Assembly: GCA_041946735.1 (NCBI GenBank)
Contig: JBHGAY010000020.1
Span: 32,001-96,000, forward strand
DNA: 64,000 bases
Origin: Candidatus Eiseniibacteriota bacterium
GTDB lineage: Bacteria > Eisenbacteria > RBG-16-71-46 > CAIMUX01 > VGJL01
Direction: 5' to 3'
Numbering within the stretch: the first letter of the stretch is position 1; every line of letters starts with the position of its first letter. This document shows, one piece after another, positions 1 to 9,652 of the stretch. A program made the position numbers and the translations under genes. The notes below the pieces were generated by a model that saw only the letters and a program-made list of their open reading frames with translations, did no database searches and had not been told where the DNA came from.

Positions 1-331
1 GCAGCTCCCCCTCGGCGCCCCGAGCCGGCATCGCCGGGATCGTCAGGCTGTCGACGGCGCGCGCGATCTCGTCGCCATCGGAATCAGCCAGACGGACGTC
101 GACCAGGATCCGGGAGCGTGAGCCAAGCGAATCGCTCTCGACGACGAGGTCCTCGGGCGGGATGGAGAGGTACAGCTCGGTGATCGGGCCCGATTCCCCC
201 TGAAAGCGAGCCGCATCGAGCGCGAAGTGGATGTCGCCGTCCGCCTCCAGGGGGAAGGGGAACGCGTCCGGCGGGCCGCCGAAGGGGAGGATGCCGCCGA
301 GCAGCAGCACGGGCCAAAGCGGAAGGATCAT
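1..331 (-). CDS. Secreted protein, partial (runs off window start); N-terminus resembles GWxTD-domain proteins
   Basis: Not in the ORF track. Manual translation from ATG at 331 gives MILPLWPVLLLGGILPFGGPPDAFPFPLEADGDIHFALDAARFQGESGPITELYLSIPPEDL..., open to the window edge, with a hydrophobic signal peptide. The GWxTD motif itself is not visible. Confidence 0.6.
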   Translation of the reverse strand, partial: MILPLWPVLLLGGILPFGGPPDAFPFPLEADGDIHFALDAARFQGESGPITELYLSIPPEDLVVESDSLGSRSRILVDVRLADSDGDEIARAVDSLTIPAMPARGAEGEL

Positions 332-344
332 CGATGGGAACCAT

Positions 345-374
345 TCGGGCCGCCCGCGCGGGCGGGCGGCCCGA
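345..374. other. Perfect 13-bp GC-rich inverted repeat downstream of the PorV-like gene
   Basis: tcgggccgcccgc-gcgg-gcgggcggcccga; no U-tract follows on the minus strand. Confidence 0.6.
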
Positions 375-391
375 GGGAAGAGCGAATCGGA

Positions 392-1360
392 TCAGAAGCG
401 GAAATCGACCGAAACCCGGTGCACGCCGCCGAGCGTGCTCATATCCATGTAGGAGTAGTCGATCGTCGCCTCGGAGTTCAGGCTCGACGGAATCTTCACA
501 CCGATTCCGGCCGAGTACTTCTCCAGATCGTACTTGAAGAGATAGCCGGCGCGGACGAAGAAGAACTCCTTGAAGCCGTACTCGATGCCCCAGTTCGCCC
601 GCTCGTTGTTGTCAGGTGGATGGCTGAACTCGGCGGAACTCAAGAGGCGGTGTGTGGCGTCCTCGTAGAGATTCATCGACATCCCGACACGGAAGACCGC
701 CGGCATCTTCACGGTGTCTTCGATGAACTTCATGTCGCTTCCCAGGTTCTGGATCGCCATCCCGATCTTCAGCGATCGATATCCGGTGTCGTACAGGGTC
801 CCGAAGTCGAACGTGTAGGCGGACGACGAATAGGAGGCCAGCGTCGACTGGACATAGTTTGCCGAGATTCCGGTCGAGAACTTATCCGTGAGCGATCGCG
901 CATAGGTGAGGCCGAACGCCACGTCCCCCGCGTCGAAGCTCTTGCCGGTTCCTTCCGGATGGAACACATCCCGGATCGGCTGGGAGTCCATGTAGAGCGA
1001 TCTCGCGTTCAGCGCGAAGGTCCCGGGAAAGAATCCGACGTGGAAGACGTACGCAGCCTGCGTGAACGAGATGTCCGCCAGCCAGGCGGTGTGGTTGAGG
1101 CTGACGACGTTCTTCTGGACGCGGGCGATCCCTGCCGGGTTCCAGTAGATCGCGGAGGCATCGTCCGCGATCGACACGAAAGCCGAGCCCATCGCGGTCG
1201 CGCGCGCCCCGACGCCGATCTTCAGGAACTGCCCGCCGATCGTCCCGACCTTCTCGAACTCCTGCGCCGCCCCCGCCAGCGAAGGTAGGGCGAGCAGCAG
1301 CAGGACCACAGGGCCGATGCTCCTTCTCACGACTTTCCTTTCCTTCCTCTGCCCGATCAT
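392..1360 (-). CDS. PorV/PorQ family outer-membrane beta-barrel
   Basis: Signal peptide; FLKIGVGARATAMG and AIYWNPAG motifs typical of PorV/FadL-like barrels; C-terminal aromatic BAM signal (VSVDFRF). Confidence 0.85.
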   Translation of the reverse strand: MIGQRKERKVVRRSIGPVVLLLLALPSLAGAAQEFEKVGTIGGQFLKIGVGARATAMGSAFVSIADDASAIYWNPAGIARVQKNVVSLNHTAWLADISFTQAAYVFHVGFFPGTFALNARSLYMDSQPIRDVFHPEGTGKSFDAGDVAFGLTYARSLTDKFSTGISANYVQSTLASYSSSAYTFDFGTLYDTGYRSLKIGMAIQNLGSDMKFIEDTVKMPAVFRVGMSMNLYEDATHRLLSSAEFSHPPDNNERANWGIEYGFKEFFFVRAGYLFKYDLEKYSAGIGVKIPSSLNSEATIDYSYMDMSTLGGVHRVSVDFRF

Positions 1361-1369
1361 CGCTCCCCC

Positions 1370-3880
1370 CTACCGGATGATGGCGAAGCGACCGATCTTC
1401 TGGTCGCCGCACCCCTTTGTCCCCGCCTCACAATCCTTGCACTCGACCGAGTAGAGATAGATGCCGCTCACGACGTCCTGGCCGTTGCGCGAGATCAGGT
1501 TCCAGAACGCGGTCCCGTTGTTGTTCCTTCGGCCGTCGTTCGTCAGGGTCTGCACGAGATCCCCGGAAAGCGTGTAGATCTTGATCGTGCAGTCCCCCTT
1601 CGGGAGATTCGCGAAGGCGATCTTCGTGCCGGTCGGATCCTTGTCGGACGGAGTGAGGTCCCATCCCTCCGGCTGGCCGCCCCGGACGTAGGGATTCGGC
1701 ACGACGATGACCTCGGATCCGCCGCCCCCGGCCGTCCAGCGCGGGACGACCGCGTCCCCCTCGCTGGCGGCGGGCCGCCCCGCCAGCTCCTGGTACTTCA
1801 CCTGCACGATCTCGCCCGACGCATCCCGGATGGTGTCCTGCCATGCGCTGTAGGCGGTCACGTCGTAGAAGTAGGTCATCCCGTTCTTCAGGCCCAGCGT
1901 GTCCTCGTACTCGTAGTGCCCGACCGGGTAGTACCAGCGCACCGCCTCGGTGGAATCCTCCGACCCGGTCCGTACCTCGTAGAGCGAGTCCGGTCCTCCC
2001 TCGGCCGGCGTGATCCGGTACTTCAGCAGGTAGCTGTCGCTCTCGCGCCCGAGCTGGTCGAGCGGGTTGAGGCTCAGGTCGGCGATCAGCTGCCACTCGT
2101 CGGGCGCGGGTCCCGTCGATCCGACGGGACGGTTCCACCCCTCGACTCGATAGATCCGGTAGCCGGTGAAGAGGATCTTCCGTTGGATCGGATCGGCGGA
2201 GAGCTCCGACAGGTTGTCCCACTGCAGGACCACCCGGCGATCGCCCGCAGGAGCTTCGACCTTGAGCGAGGGGTCCGATTGCGGATCGATGTTCGTCCCG
2301 GGCGGAGGCGGAGCCACCGTGCCGACCCAATGGATCAGCGTCTCGTACCCCTGCACCGCCGCTTCCTCGTTCGTCTGGTACAGCGGAGTGCAGCAGTTGC
2401 AGTCCTGGTCGACGTAGTTGTCCGGAAGGCAGACGGTGTCCTTGATGATCCGCACCTCGGGGTTCAGGCTGTCGCACGGGTCGCGCCAGTTCAGCTGGAT
2501 CTGGTCGCTTCCCGGCGGGACGAAGAGGCACGTCTCCCTGCCGTCCCGTCCGGTGCGTGTGTTGTTGTCCACGTCGCGCCACGCCCCGTTGAAGATCCGC
2601 TGGGCGTTGACTGCATTGCGCAGCATCCCGGTCTGCCCCTCGCCGATCACGAACGCGGTCTGCAGCAGCAGCTGCTCCCCCGGCCCCAGCTCGGCGAACG
2701 GCCCGGCGCTGAAGAGGTAGCGATAGTCGCTCGCCTGCCCGGTCGGCCGGTTGAGCTTCGAGCCCTTCTGCAGGAGGTCGTAGCGCTCGAAGTCGTTGCG
2801 CGGGTCGCCGGCGGGATACGCGCCGGAGCCGCTGAAGAACGCGGCGGTCACGACGCGGACTTCGGCGGGCGCCCGGACGCCGAACGGATCGGTCGTGTGA
2901 CCGAGGAACATGCCTCCGAAGTACCCGGGGACGTCGCCGCCGTTGGCGTCGGCGCCGTTGTCGGGCACGTCGGACATGTAGCAGATATCGAGATGGATCT
3001 CCTGCTCGTTGCAGGACTTCTCCTCGCCCGACGTCTCCTGGCAGACGTAGCGGTTGGAGACGTCGACGATCGTCGTGTCGCGCGAGTAGAAGGCGCCTCG
3101 GTCGTCCGCGTAGTAGCCCGGCGTGTCCTTCGGACCGGCGTCGGAGTCGACGAAGAATCCGACGTACACCTTCTTCAGGACCTCGAAGCCGTCGTTGATG
3201 ATCTTGAAGTCGAAGCCGACGAACTCGTTCGAGCCCTCGGTCGACCAGGCGAACGATTGCTGGCGCACCCGGAGGTTCAGCGGGCGGTGCTCGGGGTACC
3301 CGTTCCTCGCCTCCTCGGTGTAGTCCCAGTACTCGCAAGCGAACATCTGCTGCGAGATCGCGGAGTAGTCCTCGTCGATCAGACCGTCGCCGTCGTCGTC
3401 CTTGCCGTTGGGGAAGTCCTCGTCGATCACGCCGTCGTTGTCGTCGTCGGGACGCGTGGAGAATCCGGGCCGGTTGCCTCCCTGGATCCCCTCGTAGCTC
3501 TGATAGATCGTGTCGACGGGATCGAGGGACGGACGGAACTCGACATCGTAGGCGCCGGTCGACACGTACGGCAGGTTGTCGGAGGCGATCGCGCCCACCC
3601 AGAGGCTCGCCGCGTAGAGGTACTCCCCGCCCCGCCATCCCGCCCCATAGGAGTCGACGAAGCCGGGGTTCCCGATGATCCCGACGTTGGTGATCATCAG
3701 CTCCAGCAGCCCGACGTTGTGGTAGAAGATGTTGGGCGGCGAGATCGCGTAGAGCGGGGTGATCTCGGGTAGCCCCAGTCGCTGGCCGGGTGGCTCCGCC
3801 GCCCTCGCGCCCGACCAGGCCCCGAGCGACATGCCCGCGAGCAGTCCGAGCACTGCCGCCGCTTGCCCCAACCTTCGCAT
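1370..3880 (-). CDS. Large secreted protein with T9SS-type/FlgD-Ig C-terminal domain
   Basis: Start MRRLGQAA after a purine-rich RBS; signal peptide; C-terminus IVVPNPY...TIKIYTLSGDLVQTL...FWNLISRNGQDVVSGIYLY...GRFAIIR; Asp-rich repeats. Confidence 0.8.
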   Translation of the reverse strand: MRRLGQAAAVLGLLAGMSLGAWSGARAAEPPGQRLGLPEITPLYAISPPNIFYHNVGLLELMITNVGIIGNPGFVDSYGAGWRGGEYLYAASLWVGAIASDNLPYVSTGAYDVEFRPSLDPVDTIYQSYEGIQGGNRPGFSTRPDDDNDGVIDEDFPNGKDDDGDGLIDEDYSAISQQMFACEYWDYTEEARNGYPEHRPLNLRVRQQSFAWSTEGSNEFVGFDFKIINDGFEVLKKVYVGFFVDSDAGPKDTPGYYADDRGAFYSRDTTIVDVSNRYVCQETSGEEKSCNEQEIHLDICYMSDVPDNGADANGGDVPGYFGGMFLGHTTDPFGVRAPAEVRVVTAAFFSGSGAYPAGDPRNDFERYDLLQKGSKLNRPTGQASDYRYLFSAGPFAELGPGEQLLLQTAFVIGEGQTGMLRNAVNAQRIFNGAWRDVDNNTRTGRDGRETCLFVPPGSDQIQLNWRDPCDSLNPEVRIIKDTVCLPDNYVDQDCNCCTPLYQTNEEAAVQGYETLIHWVGTVAPPPPGTNIDPQSDPSLKVEAPAGDRRVVLQWDNLSELSADPIQRKILFTGYRIYRVEGWNRPVGSTGPAPDEWQLIADLSLNPLDQLGRESDSYLLKYRITPAEGGPDSLYEVRTGSEDSTEAVRWYYPVGHYEYEDTLGLKNGMTYFYDVTAYSAWQDTIRDASGEIVQVKYQELAGRPAASEGDAVVPRWTAGGGGSEVIVVPNPYVRGGQPEGWDLTPSDKDPTGTKIAFANLPKGDCTIKIYTLSGDLVQTLTNDGRRNNNGTAFWNLISRNGQDVVSGIYLYSVECKDCEAGTKGCGDQKIGRFAIIR

Positions 3881-3912
3881 GGATCGTCCTCTCCCTTCCA
3901 ACCCCAGGTTCG

Positions 3913-6609
3913 CTAGAAGCTGAACGACACGCCGACGCGGATCGAGCGGGGATCGCCGTACACGCGCGGATCGTTCAAGGGAACGAAGTCCTCCACGCCG
4001 TCACCGTTGACGTCGTCGCCGAGGTAGGCGCCCCCGGCACGTCCGGTCTCGGTGTAGTAGATCACGTAGTCGTTTCCTCGCAGCGAGGGCCCCGCGATGC
4101 CGTTGCCCGGCTCGAGTTCGGTGATGTTCTTCGCGTCCAGGACGTTGTGGCTCTGGAGGAACAGCTTGAAGCGCTGTCCCCACACCTGGTAGTATTTCTC
4201 GGCCTGCACGTCGAGCGACGTCGTGCTTGGCAGCCTCCGGGAGTACTGGTCTTCCGGCTCGATCTGCCTCGTCGTCCGCTCGATCGGCGTGTATGGGAAT
4301 CCGGTCGAGAACTGCCAGACGAATCCCGCTCCCCACTGCCCCGGCTTGGCCAGGTAGAGCTGCGTCGAGATGGTGTGCCTCACGTCCCACGGGAGCGGCT
4401 GCTCGGATACCGGGAGATAGGCGAAGTTCTGCGAGTTGCGGGCGTTGGGGTCGCTGCCCACTCCGGTCGCGACTCCGAACGCGTAGTTCACTTCGGCCTG
4501 GAAGTTGTTGCCGAAGCCGCGCCGCAGCGTCGCCTCGAACCCTCGCGCCGAGGCGTAGTCCTTGTTCACGTAGACGGGAATGTTGCCGACCGAGCCGAGC
4601 ACGGGGTACTCGTCGCTCGTGAGCAGGCCGAAGATGTCCTTGTAGTAGACGCTGAACTGGCCGCTGACCAGCTCGCTGAACAAGTGCTGGATGCCGGCCT
4701 GATACGAAACGGTGGTCTCGTTCGTCAGGTTCGGGTTGCCTCGAGTGCGCCCGTCGAACACGTTGCGATTGTCGAAGATGTAGCGGCGGTCCGGGATCTG
4801 GTAGAAGCGGCCATAGTGGAAGCTGAACACGTCGCGGTCCGAAATCGGGTAGGCGATTCCGACGCGCGGACTAAACTGCTTCTTCACTCGCTCCCGGACC
4901 TCGCTGATCGGAATCTGCTCGCCCACGGAGAAGACGTCGTAGCGAAGTCCGAGGTTCAACACCATTCCCTCGTGCTCCCAGCGGTCCTGGAGGTAGTACG
5001 CGCCTTCCGGATTGTAATAGTGGTACCGGGTGCGGGTCGCGCCGATCTCCCCCAGCGCGTTGGACTGGTAGGGACGGTCGACCTGCATGTACCGCATGTC
5101 GTTGTAGGTCGCCTCGATCCCGGACTGGAACGTGTGGCGCTTGTACTTCTTCGTGAAGTCGACCTTCGAGGTCAGCACCTTCGTGTCGCGGTGGGACCAT
5201 GTCGGATAGTCGCCCCAGATCACGAAGAAGTCGCTCGACTCGTTGTCGAAGTAGTTGTAGTAGAAGTCACGCCCGCTCGTCGCGTCGTACTCCCATGGCT
5301 GCTTCCCCTTCACCCGGGAGTCAGCGATGAAGTGGCTCCTCGAGAGCTTCACCGAGTAGAAGGTCTCGGCATCGATCGTATGCGTCCAGACCAGCTTGTA
5401 CTGGTCGAACCCGTTCTCGTTGTCCGGGGTGTGCTCCGCCGCGTTGTAGTACTGATAGGTCGAGTCGACCTGCGTGGGGGACCACCGCCCGTGACGCAAC
5501 ACGATCTCGCCGGTCTGGATCGTGTCGAGATAGGTCTGCACGAACCCCTCGCGGCTCCAGGAGTGGATGTAGCTGTCCCCCTTCGATCGGTTGTTCACCA
5601 CCTCGGCGGTCAGCTTGTAGGACGGCCCGATGCGGTAGGCCAGCTTGCCCTGGATGCGCAGGTTGTTGCTCTTGCGATCGCCCAGGGAGATGAAGTTCAG
5701 GAGGCGATAGCTGTTCCGGCGTTCCACCGTCTTCGGGTAGTTGTCCTGGTAGGTCCCTTCGGCCGAGACGTAGTAGGTGAGGTCTTTGATCGGCGATGGT
5801 CCGCCGACGCCGACGAAGACGCGATCGAGATTGTCGTACGTGTTGTCGGGCTGCCCGTAATCGTCGGTCAGGTAGTAGATCTCCCCCTCGAAGTTCTGGC
5901 CGCCCTCCTTCGTCTTGTAGTTGACGACGCCGGACTGCGCGTTGCCGTACTGCGCATCGAGCCCGCCCATGATCACGTCCGCGCTCTCGAGCGCGAGCGT
6001 TGACAGCGAGACACCGGTGCCGACGAGCGGGTCGCGGACCGGCACGCCGTCGACCTGGTATTGCACCTCTCCGCCTCGGCCGCCGCGGAAGTGAAGCTCT
6101 CCCCCCTGGGCTACGACGCCGGCCTTCAGACCGATCGCGTCGCTCACCTCGTCGATCGGGAGGTTCTCGAGGTCCTTGGCGTGGATGTCCTGGCGCGTCT
6201 CGGCGCTCTTCTTGTGGATCCTCTCGCGGGCGGCAGTGATCTCGACCAGATCCATCATCCCGACGACGGTCTGCTTCAGCTTGAAGTTCACGGTCGTCGA
6301 GCCGCCACGGTCGACGCGGATGTCGGTGACCGTCTGCGGGTCGTAGCCGATGATCATCGCCTTGACGTTGTAGTTGCCGACGGGAACTCGCTGGATGGAG
6401 TAGACGCCCTGATCGTTTGTCATCCCGCCCCACGCGGTGCCGAGGATGAGCACGTTTGCGTAGGGAAGCGGCTTGCCCGCTTCATCGGTCACCTTGCCGG
6501 TGATCTCGCCCGTGTTGGGGGCCTGCGCCCCGGCGGGGAAGGGGAGAGCCGCGAGGAGAGCGACGCAGAGCAGCATCGCCAGGGCGGGGAGGGACGGAGT
6601 GTGCCTCAT
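3913..6609 (-). CDS. TonB-dependent receptor with N-terminal carboxypeptidase-regulatory-like domain
   Basis: Start MRHTPSLP after AAGGAG; GEITGKVTD..GKPLPYANV N-domain; plug LHFRGGR...GGLDAQYGNAQSGVVN; FSPRVGIAYP and GNPNL barrel motifs; terminal Phe. Confidence 0.9.
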   Translation of the reverse strand: MRHTPSLPALAMLLCVALLAALPFPAGAQAPNTGEITGKVTDEAGKPLPYANVLILGTAWGGMTNDQGVYSIQRVPVGNYNVKAMIIGYDPQTVTDIRVDRGGSTTVNFKLKQTVVGMMDLVEITAARERIHKKSAETRQDIHAKDLENLPIDEVSDAIGLKAGVVAQGGELHFRGGRGGEVQYQVDGVPVRDPLVGTGVSLSTLALESADVIMGGLDAQYGNAQSGVVNYKTKEGGQNFEGEIYYLTDDYGQPDNTYDNLDRVFVGVGGPSPIKDLTYYVSAEGTYQDNYPKTVERRNSYRLLNFISLGDRKSNNLRIQGKLAYRIGPSYKLTAEVVNNRSKGDSYIHSWSREGFVQTYLDTIQTGEIVLRHGRWSPTQVDSTYQYYNAAEHTPDNENGFDQYKLVWTHTIDAETFYSVKLSRSHFIADSRVKGKQPWEYDATSGRDFYYNYFDNESSDFFVIWGDYPTWSHRDTKVLTSKVDFTKKYKRHTFQSGIEATYNDMRYMQVDRPYQSNALGEIGATRTRYHYYNPEGAYYLQDRWEHEGMVLNLGLRYDVFSVGEQIPISEVRERVKKQFSPRVGIAYPISDRDVFSFHYGRFYQIPDRRYIFDNRNVFDGRTRGNPNLTNETTVSYQAGIQHLFSELVSGQFSVYYKDIFGLLTSDEYPVLGSVGNIPVYVNKDYASARGFEATLRRGFGNNFQAEVNYAFGVATGVGSDPNARNSQNFAYLPVSEQPLPWDVRHTISTQLYLAKPGQWGAGFVWQFSTGFPYTPIERTTRQIEPEDQYSRRLPSTTSLDVQAEKYYQVWGQRFKLFLQSHNVLDAKNITELEPGNGIAGPSLRGNDYVIYYTETGRAGGAYLGDDVNGDGVEDFVPLNDPRVYGDPRSIRVGVSFSF

Positions 6610-6677
6610 GGCGCGCGCGCTCCTTTCTGCCGAGGACCCTCGATCACGGCGAGGGAGCTGCCGCCAACCCCGAACCA

Positions 6678-6707
6678 ACTCTAGGCTTGGGAACTGGGAA
6701 TCGTCAA
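6678..6707 (-). promoter_or_regulatory. Putative sigma70 promoter for the TBDR cassette
   Basis: Minus strand TTGACG-N18-TAGAGT, about 70 nt upstream of the TBDR start. Confidence 0.5.
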
Positions 6708-6778
6708 CCATCGCTCCCACCTTTTCTTTCGCCATCAGGTCCGCTGTCTGGCCGCATGCCATCGGTCCGCCCTCCCCC

Positions 6779-8263
6779 CTAGAGCAGGAACCGGGCGCCG
6801 AGCGAGAAGCCGGTCCCGGACTCGTCGATGCTCGGGGACCCCTCGTAGTCGGGATCCCACGTCTGGAAACGGATCGCGGCGTCGAGCTGGATGAGGCCTC
6901 CGCGGGGGAAGTAGCCGGCGCCGAGCGTCACGCCGTCCCCCTTTCGAAGGGTGCGGGGAGCGTCGATGTCGTCGTCGTGCACGCTGCGCACGTACCCGGC
7001 GCGAAGGGCGAAGTCGTTGCGCAGGAGCCACTCGGCACCGGCGCGGAGGTCGAGGGACCGGGATGTCGTCTCGACGTTCCCCTCGACCTGCTTCTGATCC
7101 GACTTCTGCCGGAGCATCCAGCCCTCGACGCCGAGTCGGAGCCTCTGGTCGCCCGATGCCCAGCCGGCGCCGCCCCCGACCCGATCGGAATCGACCGTCA
7201 GGTCGAGCGCGCGGCGGCTCCCCTTGAAGTTCGCCCCTTCCACGACGTTTTCCGTCCTGTGCGAGCGGTCGTAGGCGACGGCGAGGCGGATCGACCGGGC
7301 CGCCGCAATCTGCCAGCGGGTGCCGATCGTTCTGTCCCGGATCTCCTCGTCGAACGTCCCGGCACGCATTCGGAAGTTCACGCGTCCGGGATTGCTCGGC
7401 ATCCGGTCCGACCAGCTGATGTCCGCCTCTTCGCGCCCGTCGAGGGAGAGGTTGGTGAAACGCACTCCTCCCTGGATCTTCTCGCTCGGTTCGAGCAGCG
7501 CGATCGCCGAGTAGATGGAGATCGGACGCTTCCACGTCATCTCGTCCTCATGGAAGCGGGATTCGTCGCGGCTCACGCCCTTGATCGTGTTCACCTGCCA
7601 CTCGGCCTGCCCGCCGAGCCGGAGCAACCCCGTGCCATAGGTTGCCGACAGGTCGTAGATCTGGCCGCTGCCGTCGTGGCGGATGGCGAAGACGTCTTCG
7701 GTCCGAAGATCCTCGTTGTCGTTCCGGAAGTGGATCGCACCCCCGAGCACCAGCGACCCGACCCGCTGCGCCCCGAATCCGCCCCAGTAGGGACCGTTCA
7801 AATTGTGGCGATCGCCGCGCTCCACGGTGCTGCGGATCCGGTCGAGGGAGAAGTCCAGGCCGAGGACTCGCTTGTTCTGGCTGCGCCAGGCCATCTGCCC
7901 GCCCGACTGCACCCGGCTCGCCCGGTCTCGCGTGCGCAGGCCGGACTCGTCGACGTCGTCGAGGACCTTGTCGCGGCCCCGGCTGAAGAACTCCCACGTG
8001 CGGCCGTCGGAATCGTCGAGGATCCCGCTCACGAGCCCGCCGTAGTCGCTGAAGTTCAGCTCGTATCCCTCGTCGGGGATCGTGATGCGCAAGCCGCCCA
8101 TCCCGTCGAGTCGCGCGGAGACTCCCCGTTCCAGGGTCAGCCCCTCGGTCCCCGCCATCCAGTCGATCGTCTGCCCGGCCGCGGCGCCGGCGGCAAGGGT
8201 GAGCGCGACAGTGAGCGCCGCGGACTTCATCGACGCCAACCTGAGGATCGATGCCCGCCTCAT
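6779..8263 (-). CDS. Outer-membrane beta-barrel protein (FadL/PorV-like N-terminal motif)
   Basis: Signal peptide; SARLDGMGG motif; alternating amphipathic strands; C-terminal FSLGARFLL. Confidence 0.7.
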   Translation of the reverse strand: MRRASILRLASMKSAALTVALTLAAGAAAGQTIDWMAGTEGLTLERGVSARLDGMGGLRITIPDEGYELNFSDYGGLVSGILDDSDGRTWEFFSRGRDKVLDDVDESGLRTRDRASRVQSGGQMAWRSQNKRVLGLDFSLDRIRSTVERGDRHNLNGPYWGGFGAQRVGSLVLGGAIHFRNDNEDLRTEDVFAIRHDGSGQIYDLSATYGTGLLRLGGQAEWQVNTIKGVSRDESRFHEDEMTWKRPISIYSAIALLEPSEKIQGGVRFTNLSLDGREEADISWSDRMPSNPGRVNFRMRAGTFDEEIRDRTIGTRWQIAAARSIRLAVAYDRSHRTENVVEGANFKGSRRALDLTVDSDRVGGGAGWASGDQRLRLGVEGWMLRQKSDQKQVEGNVETTSRSLDLRAGAEWLLRNDFALRAGYVRSVHDDDIDAPRTLRKGDGVTLGAGYFPRGGLIQLDAAIRFQTWDPDYEGSPSIDESGTGFSLGARFLL

Positions 8264-8269
8264 GACGCC

Positions 8270-9574
8270 CTACCTCCCCGCCTTCGGATCGAAGACCAGC
8301 ATCTGCGGCTCCGATCCGAGGTGCTCGATGCTCGAGTTGTTCATGACCGCCACGGTGAAGACGTAGCGCTTGCCGCTCGCCGTATCGAAGATCACGTCAT
8401 GGACGCCGTCTCCGGTGTCGAGGCGACGGCCGATCTCGAGCGTCCACACCCCCGTGTCGAAGATCGCCTTGCCGTGGACGTCGGCGCGGCTCCCCTCCGG
8501 GTAGGTCAGATACCAGCCGGACACGAGATCTCCATTGCGCCAAGGACGGGGCTCGTTGCCGACCGGAAGCGGGGCCAGGTTCAACGTGTCGCATTCCCCG
8601 AAGGGTGCGACCGTGACCGAGGTCTCCTCCCTCCAGATGTAGGCCATGCTGACGCCGTTGTTCTTCCGGCACTTCTCGTCGAAGCGGTTGAAACAGTGGG
8701 TCGGATCGGCCGGCTTCGCGAAGGGATCGTCGGGCGACCGGTCCCTGTAGACGTAGAGCGGCTTGCCCGAACCATCCTCGAAGTTCGCCCTGTAGGAAGG
8801 AAATCCCGGATCGGCGGCGAGGCCGGCGTTCGCATCCGCGAGCAGATCGTCGAGGTAGCCCGGGATCCCATAGAGCGGCGTGGTCGGATTGTCGGTCGGG
8901 TCGTAGAGGTCGCGGACGGGATTCGTGCGGGCGGCAAGCCACTGCCAGATGTCCAGCCGCCCGTAGCCGAGGCGACCGAACTGCGGCGTCTCGGCGGAGT
9001 GGCAGGCGACCTTGCAGCCTTGCTCCTCATATGGCCCGAGGGGCCCGCCCGCCGCATCGGCCTCGAACGCGATCGAGATCTGATCCTCGTCGTACGCGCC
9101 ACCCGGGTTGCGAATCCAGTTGCGCTCGTCGGCGAGCACCGGCTTGCATCCGCCCGGGGGGCTCGGGATGTCCGGCCCCGTGTACATCATGGCGTCCTTC
9201 AGCTCGTCGGCTTCGTCGTCGACCCAGCGAACGAGCAGGAAGACGTCGCTGTCGGTGTAGATCGCCTTGAGGGAGACGTACTTCGGAGGGCCGGCCGCAC
9301 CGACGCCGTTGTCGCTCGAGAGGCGGACGTTCAGATACGGGACCGCCTGCCCGCCCCACTCCTTCTCGATCGCCTGGCCGTCGATGACGACCGGGTTCGC
9401 TCGGAAGTCGTCGTTGCTGCGATACACCGCATGGAGCACCGTTTCCGAGTCGCCTTGGGGATCGAGCAGGTCATCCGTCTTCTGGCACCCGACGGCGCCA
9501 AGACCCGCGACGATCAAGACAATGAAGAAAACGGAGAGACGGAATCGGACATAGATCGCTCTGCTCATCCCCAT
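8270..9574 (-). CDS. Ethylbenzene dehydrogenase-related (EB_dh/DOMON-like) heme-binding lipoprotein
   Basis: Lipobox LGAVGC; LKAIYTDSDVFLLVRWVD, YDEDQ, LDIWQW.AARTNP and WTLEIGRRLDTGD motifs; CKVACH (CX3CH); C-terminal His. Confidence 0.75.
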   Translation of the reverse strand: MGMSRAIYVRFRLSVFFIVLIVAGLGAVGCQKTDDLLDPQGDSETVLHAVYRSNDDFRANPVVIDGQAIEKEWGGQAVPYLNVRLSSDNGVGAAGPPKYVSLKAIYTDSDVFLLVRWVDDEADELKDAMMYTGPDIPSPPGGCKPVLADERNWIRNPGGAYDEDQISIAFEADAAGGPLGPYEEQGCKVACHSAETPQFGRLGYGRLDIWQWLAARTNPVRDLYDPTDNPTTPLYGIPGYLDDLLADANAGLAADPGFPSYRANFEDGSGKPLYVYRDRSPDDPFAKPADPTHCFNRFDEKCRKNNGVSMAYIWREETSVTVAPFGECDTLNLAPLPVGNEPRPWRNGDLVSGWYLTYPEGSRADVHGKAIFDTGVWTLEIGRRLDTGDGVHDVIFDTASGKRYVFTVAVMNNSSIEHLGSEPQMLVFDPKAGR

Positions 9575-9652
9575 CCAGTCCCGCTTCGCGGGCCTCCTCC
9601 AACCCCGAGCAGCCGCAGAAGAGGCGCCCCCAACTCAGGGGCACACAAACGG

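Noticed and set aside
84..344. 86-aa minus-strand ORF in the track
   Set aside because: Arg/Pro-rich off-frame translation. The overlapping frame starting at 331 has a signal peptide and protein-like composition.
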